Positions 1 to 8,110 of a DNA stretch of 32,000 bases are shown one piece after another; the first letter of the stretch is position 1; every line of letters starts with the position of its first letter. The notes under the pieces were generated by a model. That model was not told where the DNA came from and ran no database searches. It saw nothing but the letters and a program-made list of their open reading frames with translations. The stretch spans positions 5,010,001 to 5,042,000 of the forward strand of contig LT962688.1 in NCBI GenBank assembly GCA_900234795.1, in the 5' to 3' direction. The stretch is from Methylorubrum extorquens (lineage in GTDB: Bacteria; Pseudomonadota; Alphaproteobacteria; Rhizobiales; Beijerinckiaceae). A program made the position numbers and the translations under genes.

Positions 1-121
1 TCTTCCCGATCGTTCCCGCTTGAACGAAGCGCGCGCCCGCGCCAATGCGGAGGGCAAGGGTCCGCCGCAAGGATCCGTCGCAAGAACATCGATCACAGGG
101 CATTTGGTGAGGAAGCGCGCG

Positions 122-1654
122 ATGGCCGAACCGATCGTCAATCACCTGTTCGGCCTCGTGCGCACCCATTGCCCGGCCGATCCGGGCGCCAAGGTCTTCA
201 TCGAGACCTCGGGCGGCGCGCGCTACACCTATGCCGACCTCCTAGCCCGCTCCGGCGCCTATGCCAGCGCGCTCCGGGCCCTCGGCGTGAAGCCTGGCGA
301 CCGGGTCGCGGTGCAGGTCGAGAAGAGCGCCGAGGTGATCTTCCTCTATCTCGGCGCGGTGCGGGCCGGCGCGGTCTTCCTGCCGCTGAACACCGCCTAT
401 ACCGGACCCGAGATCGCCTACTTCCTCGGCGATGCCGAGCCGGCCCTGTTCGTCTGCGATCCCGCCCGCGAGGCCGACCTGTCGGCGGTCGCGGGCCAGG
501 CCGGCGTGCCGCAGACCCGCACCCTCGACGCCGCCGGGCACGGCAGCATGGCGCAGGCCGCCGACGCGGCGAGCCCGGACTTCGCGGACGTGCCCCGCGG
601 GGCCGACGACCTTGCCGCGATCCTCTACACCTCGGGCACGACCGGGCGCTCCAAGGGCGCCATGCTGAGCCACGACAATCTCGCCTCGAACGCGCTCACG
701 CTGGCGCAGTATTGGCACTTCACCGAGCGCGACGTGCTGATCCACGCCCTGCCGGTGTTCCACACCCACGGGCTGTTCGTGGCCACCAACATCGTCCTGG
801 CCACCGGCGGCACGATGCTGTTCCTGCCCCGGCTCGATGCGAAGAAGATCCTCGAACTGATGCCGCGGGCCACCGCGATGATGGGGGTGCCGACCTTCTA
901 CACCCGGCTGCTCAAGGAGCCCGGCCTCACCCGCGAGGCGGCGGCCCATATGCGCCTGTTCGTGTCGGGCTCCGCGCCGCTGCTCGCCGAGACGCACCGG
1001 GAATGGGCGCAGCGCACCGGCCACGCCATCCTCGAACGCTACGGCATGACCGAGACCAACATGAACACCTCGAACCCCTACGAGGGTGCGCGGCGAGCCG
1101 GCACGGTCGGATTCCCGCTGCCGGGGGTGACCCTGCGCGTGGTCGATCCCGAGACCGGCGCGCCGCTCGGGCCCGAGGAGGTCGGGATGATCGAGGTGAA
1201 GGGCCCCAACGTGTTCCAGGGCTACTGGCGCATGCCGGAGAAGACCGCCGCCGAGCTGAAGGTGGACGGCTTCTTCATCACCGGCGATCTCGGAAAGATC
1301 GACCGCGACGGCTACGTCCACATCGTGGGCCGCGGCAAGGACCTCATCATCACCGGCGGCTACAACGTCTACCCGAAGGAGATCGAGGTCGAGATCGACG
1401 CGCTGCCCGGCGTGGTCGAATCCGCGGTGATCGGCTTGGCCCATCCCGATTTCGGCGAGGGCGTCACGGCGGTGGTGGTGCCGGGCGAGGGCGCGCCCGA
1501 CGAGGCGGCGGTCCTCGCGGCGCTGGAAGGGCGGCTCGCCAAGTACAAGTGCCCCAAGCGGGTGCTGTTCGCGGCCGAACTGCCGCGCAACGCCATGGGC
1601 AAGGTGCAGAAGAACCTTCTGCGCGAGATCCACGCCGACCTCTACCGCGGCTGA
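122..1654 (+). CDS. matB: Malonyl-CoA synthetase (AMP-dependent synthetase/ligase, MatB type)
   Basis: Frame of ORF 20..1654. An internal ATG at 122 follows GGTGAGGAAG (SD-like). The N-terminus MAEPIVNHLF and the blocks RVAVQVEKSAE, LPLNTAYT, YTSGTTGRSKGA (AMP-binding loop) and GYNVYPKEIE match my recollection of rhizobial MatB. Confidence 0.85.
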   Translation: MAEPIVNHLFGLVRTHCPADPGAKVFIETSGGARYTYADLLARSGAYASALRALGVKPGDRVAVQVEKSAEVIFLYLGAVRAGAVFLPLNTAYTGPEIAYFLGDAEPALFVCDPAREADLSAVAGQAGVPQTRTLDAAGHGSMAQAADAASPDFADVPRGADDLAAILYTSGTTGRSKGAMLSHDNLASNALTLAQYWHFTERDVLIHALPVFHTHGLFVATNIVLATGGTMLFLPRLDAKKILELMPRATAMMGVPTFYTRLLKEPGLTREAAAHMRLFVSGSAPLLAETHREWAQRTGHAILERYGMTETNMNTSNPYEGARRAGTVGFPLPGVTLRVVDPETGAPLGPEEVGMIEVKGPNVFQGYWRMPEKTAAELKVDGFFITGDLGKIDRDGYVHIVGRGKDLIITGGYNVYPKEIEVEIDALPGVVESAVIGLAHPDFGEGVTAVVVPGEGAPDEAAVLAALEGRLAKYKCPKRVLFAAELPRNAMGKVQKNLLREIHADLYRG

Positions 1655-1858
1655 CGCGGTCGCCCGCTCGCGCCGGCGGGTTCCCCCGTCGGGACCGGCT
1701 GAGAGGGCCGCGCTGGCGCTCTCAAGCCTGTGATGCGATGCTGGCGGTGACCGGTGTTATGAGCCTGCTTATGCTCCGGGAACTCTGCGTCCCGGTGGCG
1801 TGGACCCGATGGCGGTCCATGTTTTCTCCGTCTGGAATCCTCGGAGTTTCGTCCGAAC

Positions 1859-3325
1859 GTGACTAAGAGTGCCGAACACGACCGGATCGAAGCCGAACTG
1901 GTCCGCGTTTCCAAAAGCACCGACCCGTTCGCGGCCGCCGTCAAGGCGACGCGGATGCCGATGCTGATCACCGACCCGCACCGGCCCGACAACCCGATCG
2001 TCTTCGTCAACGGCGCCTTCAGCAAGCTCACCGGCTACAGCCGCGAAGAGATCCTGGGGCGCAATTGCCGCTTCCTGCAGGGACCGGAGACCGACCCGCG
2101 CGACGTCGCCCGGATCCGTGACGCCGTCGAGCGGCGCGTGCCCGTCGAGATCGACCTCCTCAACCACAAGAAGAGCGGCGAGGTCTTCTGGAACCGCCTG
2201 CTGATCTCGCCCGTCTTCGACGACGAGGGGCAGCTCACCTACTTCTTCGCCTCGCAGTTCGACGTGACCCTGGAACGCGACCGGATGGTCCGGCTCCAGC
2301 GCGACCGCGACGCCCTGGAACAGGAGGTCGAGCGCCGCAACGACGACCTCACCCGCAGCGAGCACCGGCTCGAATTCATGCTGGCCGCCGGCCGGCTCGG
2401 CGCCTGGTCCCTCGACCTCGCCGAGCGCCGGCTCGTCGCCTCGACCCTGTGCAAGCAGAATTTCGGGCGCCCACTCAGCGAGCCCTTCAGCTACGACGAC
2501 CTCGTCGAGGCGGTGGTGCCCGAGGATCGCGAGCGGATGCAGGCCGCGATGCAGGCGGCCATCGACCGCCGGAGCGATTACGACGTCGAGCACCGCGTCG
2601 CGGCCCCCGGCGGCGAGGTGCGCTGGGTGCAGTTGCGCGGCCGGGCCTATTACCGGGCCGACGGAGCGCCGCATTCCATGGCCGGCATCTCGCTGGACGT
2701 GACCGACCGCAAGCGGGCCGACGAGCAGCGCACCCTGCTCGCCGCCGAGATGAAGCACCGGGTGAAGAACACGATCGCCACGGTCCAATCCATCGCCCAC
2801 CAGACCCTGCGCAACGCCGCTTCGCTCGACGACGCCCGCCGGACGCTGGACGCGCGTCTCAACTCGCTCGCCGCCGCCCACGACATCCTCACCACGGAAG
2901 CCACCGCCGGGGTGACGCTCGCCGAGGCGGTGGAGAGCGCCCTGCAGCCGTTCCGGGTCAGTCCGCGCAACCGCATCCGCTTCGGTGGGCCGGAGGTGCG
3001 CCTCACCTCCCGCCTGACGCTGGCCGTGGTGATGGCGCTGCACGAGCTCGCCACCAACGCCGTGAAGTATGGCGGCCTCTCGAACAATTCGGGCCGCATC
3101 ATCCTCAACTGGGACGTCGAGGGTCGTGCGTCCAAGCGCCTGCTGATGCGCTGGGAGGAGTTCGACGGTCCGCCGGTCGAGAGGCCGTCGCGGGTTGGTT
3201 TCGGCACGCGCATGATCGAGCGGGTCCTGGCGGCCGAGTTCGGCGGCGAGGCCAAGATCGACTACCGCAGCCGCGGCCTCGTCCTCACGCTCGAGGCGCC
3301 GCTGCCCGAGCGCGAGGTCGCCTGA
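1859..3325 (+). CDS. LOV-PAS-HWE sensor histidine kinase (blue-light receptor type)
   Basis: GTG start at 1859. LOV signature GRNCRFLQGPETD with the adduct-forming Cys. A second PAS-like segment (LEFMLAAGRLGAWSLDL...). H-box EMKHRVKNTIATVQSIAHQT, N-box ELATNAVKYG and the W-E-E segment LMRWEEFDGPPV typical of HWE/HisKA_2 kinases. At 488 aa the architecture resembles Brucella-type LOV-HK. Confidence 0.85.
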   Translation: MTKSAEHDRIEAELVRVSKSTDPFAAAVKATRMPMLITDPHRPDNPIVFVNGAFSKLTGYSREEILGRNCRFLQGPETDPRDVARIRDAVERRVPVEIDLLNHKKSGEVFWNRLLISPVFDDEGQLTYFFASQFDVTLERDRMVRLQRDRDALEQEVERRNDDLTRSEHRLEFMLAAGRLGAWSLDLAERRLVASTLCKQNFGRPLSEPFSYDDLVEAVVPEDRERMQAAMQAAIDRRSDYDVEHRVAAPGGEVRWVQLRGRAYYRADGAPHSMAGISLDVTDRKRADEQRTLLAAEMKHRVKNTIATVQSIAHQTLRNAASLDDARRTLDARLNSLAAAHDILTTEATAGVTLAEAVESALQPFRVSPRNRIRFGGPEVRLTSRLTLAVVMALHELATNAVKYGGLSNNSGRIILNWDVEGRASKRLLMRWEEFDGPPVERPSRVGFGTRMIERVLAAEFGGEAKIDYRSRGLVLTLEAPLPEREVA

Positions 3326-3388
3326 GGGGCACGCGCGTCGAAGCCGTCGCGCGTCCCGACGTTTCCGGTGGATGCGCCGCGGTTCGAG

Positions 3389-3414
3389 GGAACGGCCAAG
3401 CCTGATCCGGGGTT
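3389..3414 (+). promoter_or_regulatory. Candidate sigma-EcfG-like promoter (GGAAC-N17-GGTT, one mismatch in the -10)
   Basis: GGAAC at 3389..3393, a 17-nt spacer, then GGTT at 3411..3414, about 45 nt upstream of ATG 3458. Motif match only, so weak. Confidence 0.25.
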
Positions 3415-3457
3415 GAACCGCGTCTCATCCAGGCGCTTGCGCCCGACCCCGCGAATC

Positions 3458-4624
3458 ATGCCGTCCTCCCCCCAGACCCCGCCCCGCCTGCCCGCGGAAG
3501 GCACGGCCTCCGTGCTCTGGACCCTGATGATGGGCGCGGCGCTGGTCGCGCTCGCCGCCGCGTCCCGGCGCCCGCCCGATGCTGACGACGCGGATGACGA
3601 GCCTGCGGCTGAGGCGGCGAAGGAGCGCAACGGCGGCGCCCATTCCCACGAGGGGCGCTCCGCCCGCTGGGTGGCGGCGACGCAAGCCAATCGCGGGCGC
3701 GCCGCGGACCATCCCGGCGAGATCCCGTCGCCTGGCTGGTGGGACATCGCCACGCGGGTCTACCTCGAATTCAACAAGGACCGAGTGCTCTCGGTCGCGG
3801 CGGGCGTGACCTTCTACACCCTGCTCTCGCTGTTCCCGGCGATTGCCGCGCTCGTCACCTGCTACGGGCTCGTGGCCGACGTGAACACGATCAACGTCCA
3901 CCTCTCCACCCTGCACGGCGTGCTGCCCGAGAGCGCCATCGAGATCATCGGCGAGCAGGTCAAGCGCATCGCCACTAAGGGAAGCGGCGCGCTCGGCTTC
4001 ACCTTCTTCACCAGCCTGACGCTGTCGCTGTGGAGCGCCAACGCCGCGATGAAGGCGATGTTCGACGCGCTCAACGTCGTCTACGAGGAGGAGGAGAAGC
4101 GAAACTTCTTCTGGCTCAACGTCCGCTCGCTCACCTTCACCGCGGGCGCATTGCTCTTCATCATCTTGGCGCTGATCTCGATCGTCGTGCTGCCGGTGGT
4201 GTTCAACTTCCTCGGTCTGGGCGACGGCGCGCGCCTCATCGCCATGGCGCGCTGGCCGGTGCTGCTCCTCGTCCTGCTCGGCGGGCTGGCCGTGCTCTAT
4301 CGCTACGGCCCGAGCCGGGAGCGGGCGCGCTGGCGCTGGGTCGGTGCCGGCAGCGTCGTGGCGGGCGTGCTCTGGCTCATCGCCTCGATCCTGTTCTCCT
4401 GGTACGTCGCCAATTTCGGCAACTACAACGAGACCTACGGCTCGCTCGGCGCCGTGATCGGCTTCATGACCTGGATCTGGATCTCGGCGACGATCGTGCT
4501 GCTCGGCGGCGAAATCAACGCCGAGATCGAGCACCAGACCGCCCGCGATTCAACCACGAGCCCGCAGAAGCCTCTGGGGCAGCGCGGCGCGCGCATGGCC
4601 GACACCGTGGGCGCGGCGGCCTGA
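3458..4624 (+). CDS. YihY/BrkB (virulence factor BrkB / 'RNase BN-like') family inner-membrane protein
   Basis: Frame of ORF 3368..4624. Family block [28 protein letters not shown] plus multiple hydrophobic helices. Start uncertain: I chose ATG 3458, but 3368 or the ATGATG near 3524 are possible. Confidence 0.75.
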   Translation: MPSSPQTPPRLPAEGTASVLWTLMMGAALVALAAASRRPPDADDADDEPAAEAAKERNGGAHSHEGRSARWVAATQANRGRAADHPGEIPSPGWWDIATRVYLEFNKDRVLSVAAGVTFYTLLSLFPAIAALVTCYGLVADVNTINVHLSTLHGVLPESAIEIIGEQVKRIATKGSGALGFTFFTSLTLSLWSANAAMKAMFDALNVVYEEEEKRNFFWLNVRSLTFTAGALLFIILALISIVVLPVVFNFLGLGDGARLIAMARWPVLLLVLLGGLAVLYRYGPSRERARWRWVGAGSVVAGVLWLIASILFSWYVANFGNYNETYGSLGAVIGFMTWIWISATIVLLGGEINAEIEHQTARDSTTSPQKPLGQRGARMADTVGAAA

Positions 4625-4727
4625 GGCGAACAACGCATCATCCGTTCTTGCGCGGGAGCGTCGCACTCGTGACAAGCGGTGCCCGGCACCATCTTGCCAA
4701 ACGAGAAAAGCACCGGAGGAACGCGAC

Positions 4728-5144
4728 ATGGCCGGATCCGACGTCATCGGCACAGATCCCGAGATTCGCACGGAAGAGGAATGGCGCGCGGCGCTGACGC
4801 CGGAGCAGTACCGCGTGCTGCGCGAGCACGGCACCGAGCGGGCCGGCACGAGCGGCCTCAACGCCGAGAAGCGCGCCGGCACGTTCGTCTGCGCCGGCTG
4901 CGGCGCCCCGCTGTTCGAGAGCGACACCAAATACGAGTCGGGCAGCGGCTGGCCGAGCTTCTTCGCGCCGCTCGACGATGCGGTGGAGACGACGGTCGAC
5001 CGCAGCCACTGGATGACCCGCACCGAGGTGCATTGCGCCCGCTGCAAGGGCCATCTCGGCCACGTCTTCGAGGACGGACCCGCCCCGACGGGCCTGCGCT
5101 ACTGCATGAACGGCGTCGCTCTCGGCTTCGAACCCGAGGGTTGA
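4728..5144 (+). CDS. msrB: Peptide-methionine (R)-S-oxide reductase
   Basis: ATG preceded by GGAGGA. CxxC pairs (CAGCGAPLF ... [17 protein letters not shown]) and GWPSF are the classical MsrB/SelR motifs. Confidence 0.93.
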   Translation: MAGSDVIGTDPEIRTEEEWRAALTPEQYRVLREHGTERAGTSGLNAEKRAGTFVCAGCGAPLFESDTKYESGSGWPSFFAPLDDAVETTVDRSHWMTRTEVHCARCKGHLGHVFEDGPAPTGLRYCMNGVALGFEPEG

Positions 5145-5180
5145 ATTCATGGGATCGGCCCGATGAATTCCACGCCTTTT
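5143..5180 (+). terminator. Putative intrinsic terminator after msrB
   Basis: Inverted repeat GAATTCAT (5143..5150) / ATGAATTC (5163..5170), followed by cacgccTTTT. Confidence 0.4.
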
Positions 5181-5389
5181 CGGCCTCCAGGCTTGCCGCG
5201 TGGTTGTTTCGGGCCCATCACTTCGCCATGAAGGTCCATGTGAAGAACAGGTTAACGCCCCGGTCTTCGCGGACCGCCCATGTCCAATACGGTGGGCGGC
5301 AGCCGATTCCCTTCGGGATCGGCGCCCCGAAGGCCGAGTGTCCGGGCGCGGTCCCGGACCGGTGCGTGCCGACCCGCGGAGGGAAGTGA

Positions 5390-6454
5390 ATGAGTGTCGT
5401 TCGCCGGTTTCTCGTGGCGCCCTCTCTGGTCCGTCTTCTGCGGAAGGAGCGGGGCGGGTCCCGCGTCACCGAAGGTTACTTCGCGCCGCAGGCCGGGCGG
5501 ACCTCGTTCGTGCGGCTGCAGGGCACCAACTGCTTCCTCGTGCTGATGACCGGCTCCGAGGGGGCGATGGCCGAGGAGCGCACCGAGGTGCCGCGCGCCC
5601 ACGGCGACGCCCTCCTCGACGTCTGCCAGGGCCGGGCCGTCTACGAGCGCACCACGGTCTCGCTCGGTGGTTCGGTCGAGGCGCTGGTCGATCGCTACGT
5701 GCGTCCGTCGGGCCTCGACATCGTCAGCCTCGTCTTCTCCGACGCGTCCGCCGCGCAGGGCTTCACGCCGCCGGTCTGGTTCGGCGCCGAGGTGACGACG
5801 GACAAGGCCTATGACGGCCAGTCGATCGCGATCACCGGCGTTCCGACGCCGGGCGACATCCCCCTGAGCAATGCTGCCCTCGACGCGGTGCTCGACCTGA
5901 TCGAGCCGCGCTTCGGCTCCAATCGTCCGCCCTTCACCCCCTCGAAGCCGGTGTCGCCCCCGCGCGACGCTCCGGCGCGTCCGCCCGAGCCGCCGAAGCC
6001 TGCGCCGGTTCCGGATGCGCTCCTCGCGGCAGCGGTGGCGGAGCCGGCCACGCCGCCCGAGACCAAGTCGGAGGAGCAGCCTCAGGCCTCCGAAGAGCCT
6101 CTCCCGGCCTCGGCCGAACCGACGCCCGAAGCTCCTAAGGCCGAGGAGCCTGCGCCCGCCGAAGCGACGGCGCCCGAGCCGGCCGCTGCCGAAGAGCCTG
6201 CACCGACCGAGGCCGCCAAGCCCGAGGAGGCGCAGCCCGCCGCCGAGACCGCCGAGACCGCCGAGGCTCAGAAGCCGGCGGCTGAGTCCGGCGAGCGGTT
6301 GCCGCCGGATGCGCGCATCGACGACGTGATCGAGAGCCTCTCGAAGGCGCTCGGCGCCGCGATCCGCAACCCGCAGGAGCCGGGCCGCGACGAAGAGGTG
6401 ACCGAGGCGTTCGAGCGCTGGCAGGTTCGGCCCCGCCGCACGCAGCAGACCTGA
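5390..6454 (+). CDS. CYTH-like domain protein with a degenerate N-terminal motif and a roughly 170-aa Pro/Ala/Glu-rich low-complexity C-terminus
   Basis: High GC3 ORF. The N-terminus VVRRFLVAPSL sits where CYTH proteins carry EIERKFL. The later block VWFGAEVTTDKAYDGQSIA resembles the CYTH C-terminal 'EVT.D..Y.N..LA' block. The tail is (A/P/E)-rich with AETAETAE-type repeats. Confidence 0.55.
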   Translation: MSVVRRFLVAPSLVRLLRKERGGSRVTEGYFAPQAGRTSFVRLQGTNCFLVLMTGSEGAMAEERTEVPRAHGDALLDVCQGRAVYERTTVSLGGSVEALVDRYVRPSGLDIVSLVFSDASAAQGFTPPVWFGAEVTTDKAYDGQSIAITGVPTPGDIPLSNAALDAVLDLIEPRFGSNRPPFTPSKPVSPPRDAPARPPEPPKPAPVPDALLAAAVAEPATPPETKSEEQPQASEEPLPASAEPTPEAPKAEEPAPAEATAPEPAAAEEPAPTEAAKPEEAQPAAETAETAEAQKPAAESGERLPPDARIDDVIESLSKALGAAIRNPQEPGRDEEVTEAFERWQVRPRRTQQT

Positions 6455-6478
6455 CCGGCTGCGTCGAAGGACTTCTCG

Positions 6479-6509
6479 GAACGCCGGCTCCCGCAAGGGG
6501 CCGGCGTTC
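6479..6509 (+). terminator. Strong GC hairpin downstream of the CYTH-like gene
   Basis: GAACGCCGGC (6479..6488) pairs perfectly with GCCGGCGTTC (6500..6509). The inner CCC/GGG pairs close a gcaa loop. Followed by tgcgttg, so there is no real T-tract. Confidence 0.5.
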
Positions 6510-6619
6510 TGCGTTGCAGGGTCTCACATGACGGCCGCTTGTCTGCGAGGCGGAGGGGAACGTCCCCGTTCGTCACCAACCCTGGGACACGGTTCCTGGG
6601 GATGGCGAGGCCGTTGGCT

Positions 6620-6645
6620 GGAACCGGCAAGGGGAAGGCTTCGTT
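6620..6645 (+). promoter_or_regulatory. Perfect match to the alphaproteobacterial general stress (sigma-EcfG) promoter consensus GGAAC-N17-CGTT
   Basis: GGAAC at 6620..6624, a 17-nt spacer, then CGTT at 6642..6645. It is about 70 nt upstream of ATG 6717, correctly oriented and in an intergenic region. Confidence 0.5.
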
Positions 6646-6716
6646 GGCTGGCATCCGGTTGCAACCGGCCGGGTAAAGCACCGGTACGTGTCCATTCCCA
6701 ACGAGGAATCACCGCC

Positions 6717-7007
6717 ATGAGACGTTTCGCCATTGCTGCCGCAGGGCTGATGCTCTGCCTCATGCCGATCGCCGGTGAGGCTCAGGCCCAGGGCATTCCC
6801 GGTGGAATGCGCCGCGGCGCGGCCGAGGGCGATCGCGTCGCCGGTCCGATCGGCGGCATCGTGGGCGGCGCCGTCGGCGGTGCGGTGGGTGGCGTGAACG
6901 GCGTGCTCGGCATCGATCCCGGCCGGCGCGCCTACCGCACCCGGATGCGCTCGAACCGGCCCTACCATCACCGCCGTCATCATCCGCGCCACCACCGCCA
7001 CCGCTAA
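6717..7007 (+). CDS. Small secreted glycine-rich protein with a His/Arg-rich C-terminal tail
   Basis: ATG 6717 preceded by GAGGAA. Signal-peptide-like MRRFAIAAAGLMLCLMPIAGEAQA, a glycine-zipper-like GPIGGIVGGAVGGAVGGVNGVLG, and the tail PYHHRRHHPRHHRHR. High GC3. Confidence 0.65.
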   Translation: MRRFAIAAAGLMLCLMPIAGEAQAQGIPGGMRRGAAEGDRVAGPIGGIVGGAVGGAVGGVNGVLGIDPGRRAYRTRMRSNRPYHHRRHHPRHHRHR

Positions 7008-7017
7008 GTGCGTGTGG

Positions 7018-7959
7018 TCATGCGCGGGGAGGAGCCCCCCTCCGCCGCGCATGTCGGCGCATCAGAGCATCCTCACTCAGCAGAGCGAGGCCCGAGGCGA
7101 CGATGATGCCGGCGCCGAGCATCGTCCAGGCGCTCGGCACGTCGCCGAACAGCAGGTAGCCGAGCAGGACCGACCATAGGATCTGCGTGTAGATGAAGGG
7201 CGCGAGCAGGCTCGCCGGCGCCCGCGCATGGGCCAGCACCAGCAGCCAATGCCCGATCGTGCCGAACAGTCCGACCGCAATCAGCAGGGCCCAGACCGTG
7301 CCCGAGGCCGGTGCCGTCCAGATCCAGGGCAGGAGCGGGCTCATCACCGCGAGCCCACCGAGCCCGGTGTAGAACACCGTCGTGGCGGTCGAATCGTGGG
7401 CCGCGAGCTTGCGCGTCACGATCACGTAGATTGCGTAGCAGAGCATCGCGCCGAGGCTGAACAGGATCGCCGGCTTGGCCGCGAGCGCGTCCGGCCGCAC
7501 GATGACGAGAACCCCGACGAAGCCCGTCGCCACCGCGGCGAGCCGCATCCGCGACGACCATTCGCCGAGCAGCGGCCCGGCGAGCAGCGCCACTGTAAGC
7601 GGCGCGGCGAACTGGATCGAGATCGTCTCGGCGAGCTGGAGCGAGCGCAGGGCCAGGAAGTTGCAGGCGGTCGAGCCGAACAGCAGCAGCGAGCGCAGGA
7701 TCTGGAGCGGCAGGCGCCGCGAATGGGAGACGCCCGGCCGTGTCACCGGGTTGATCAAGGCGGTCACCAGCGCAACGTTGACGGCGTAGCGCATGAAGGT
7801 GGTGAGCAGCGGATCGACGCCCGCACCCGCGAGTACCTTGCCGGTGGCATCGAGGCTGGCGAAGAATACCGGCGCGACGCACATCAGGGCGATGCCGACG
7901 AGGCGTCGCGGATCGCGGGCGATCGCGCGTTCCGTCTCGCCGACCTGTTTGGCGGACAC
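7018..7959 (-). CDS. EamA/DMT-family transporter (10-TM drug/metabolite exporter family)
   Basis: Frame of ORF 7018..8118. Highly hydrophobic with two EamA-like halves. GTG 7959 preceded by GGGAGAGAG gives about 20 aa before TM1. ATG 8019 is an alternative start. Confidence 0.8.
   Translation of the reverse strand: MSAKQVGETERAIARDPRRLVGIALMCVAPVFFASLDATGKVLAGAGVDPLLTTFMRYAVNVALVTALINPVTRPGVSHSRRLPLQILRSLLLFGSTACNFLALRSLQLAETISIQFAAPLTVALLAGPLLGEWSSRMRLAAVATGFVGVLVIVRPDALAAKPAILFSLGAMLCYAIYVIVTRKLAAHDSTATTVFYTGLGGLAVMSPLLPWIWTAPASGTVWALLIAVGLFGTIGHWLLVLAHARAPASLLAPFIYTQILWSVLLGYLLFGDVPSAWTMLGAGIIVASGLALLSEDALMRRHARRRGAPPRA
7019..7053 (+). terminator. Strong stem-loop just after the small-protein stop, overlapping the 3' end of the convergent EamA gene
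   Basis: CATGCGCGG (7019..7027) pairs with CCGCGCATG (7045..7053). An inner GGAGG/CCTCC pair extends the stem. No T-tract. Confidence 0.4.
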
Positions 7960-7973
7960 GACTCTCTCCCGAT

Positions 7974-7997
7974 CTACGGCCTCGATCGAGGCCGTAG
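7974..7997. promoter_or_regulatory. Perfect 24-bp palindrome CTACGGCCTCGA|TCGAGGCCGTAG
   Basis: Read directly from the sequence. It lies immediately 5' of the SD and GTG of the EamA gene, about 115 nt downstream of the catalase-like stop. Confidence 0.4.
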
Positions 7998-8110
7998 AGC
8001 AAGCCGGAGTCCAGCGCATCCCGGCTCCGCGCGGGGCCGCGTCCCGCAAGCGGCTTAGAGTTTCGTCCTTTGGCCCACGACCAGTCGGTAGCGACGGCTC
8101 GCCGGCCGCT

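Noticed and set aside
242-1633. 463-aa minus-strand ORF, together with the 565-aa +2-frame ORF 169..1866, overlapping matB
   Set aside because: They run antisense or out of frame to a gene with clear family motifs. The products are Arg/Gly/Pro-rich and low-complexity, as is typical of stop-codon-poor frames in roughly 70% GC DNA.
1738-1866. 42-codon ORF (MLAVTGVMSLLMLRELCV...) ending in overlap with the LOV-kinase start; possible uORF
   Set aside because: Its third-position GC is much lower than in the real genes here, and there is no SD. More likely it is AT-richer promoter or leader DNA. This cannot be excluded without Ribo-seq.
5252-6496. 414-aa minus-strand ORF antisense to the CYTH-like/PAE-rich gene
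   Set aside because: Its Arg/Leu/Gly repeat composition simply mirrors the Pro/Ala/Glu-rich sense strand. The sense frame has the better GC3 bias and a plausible ATG start.
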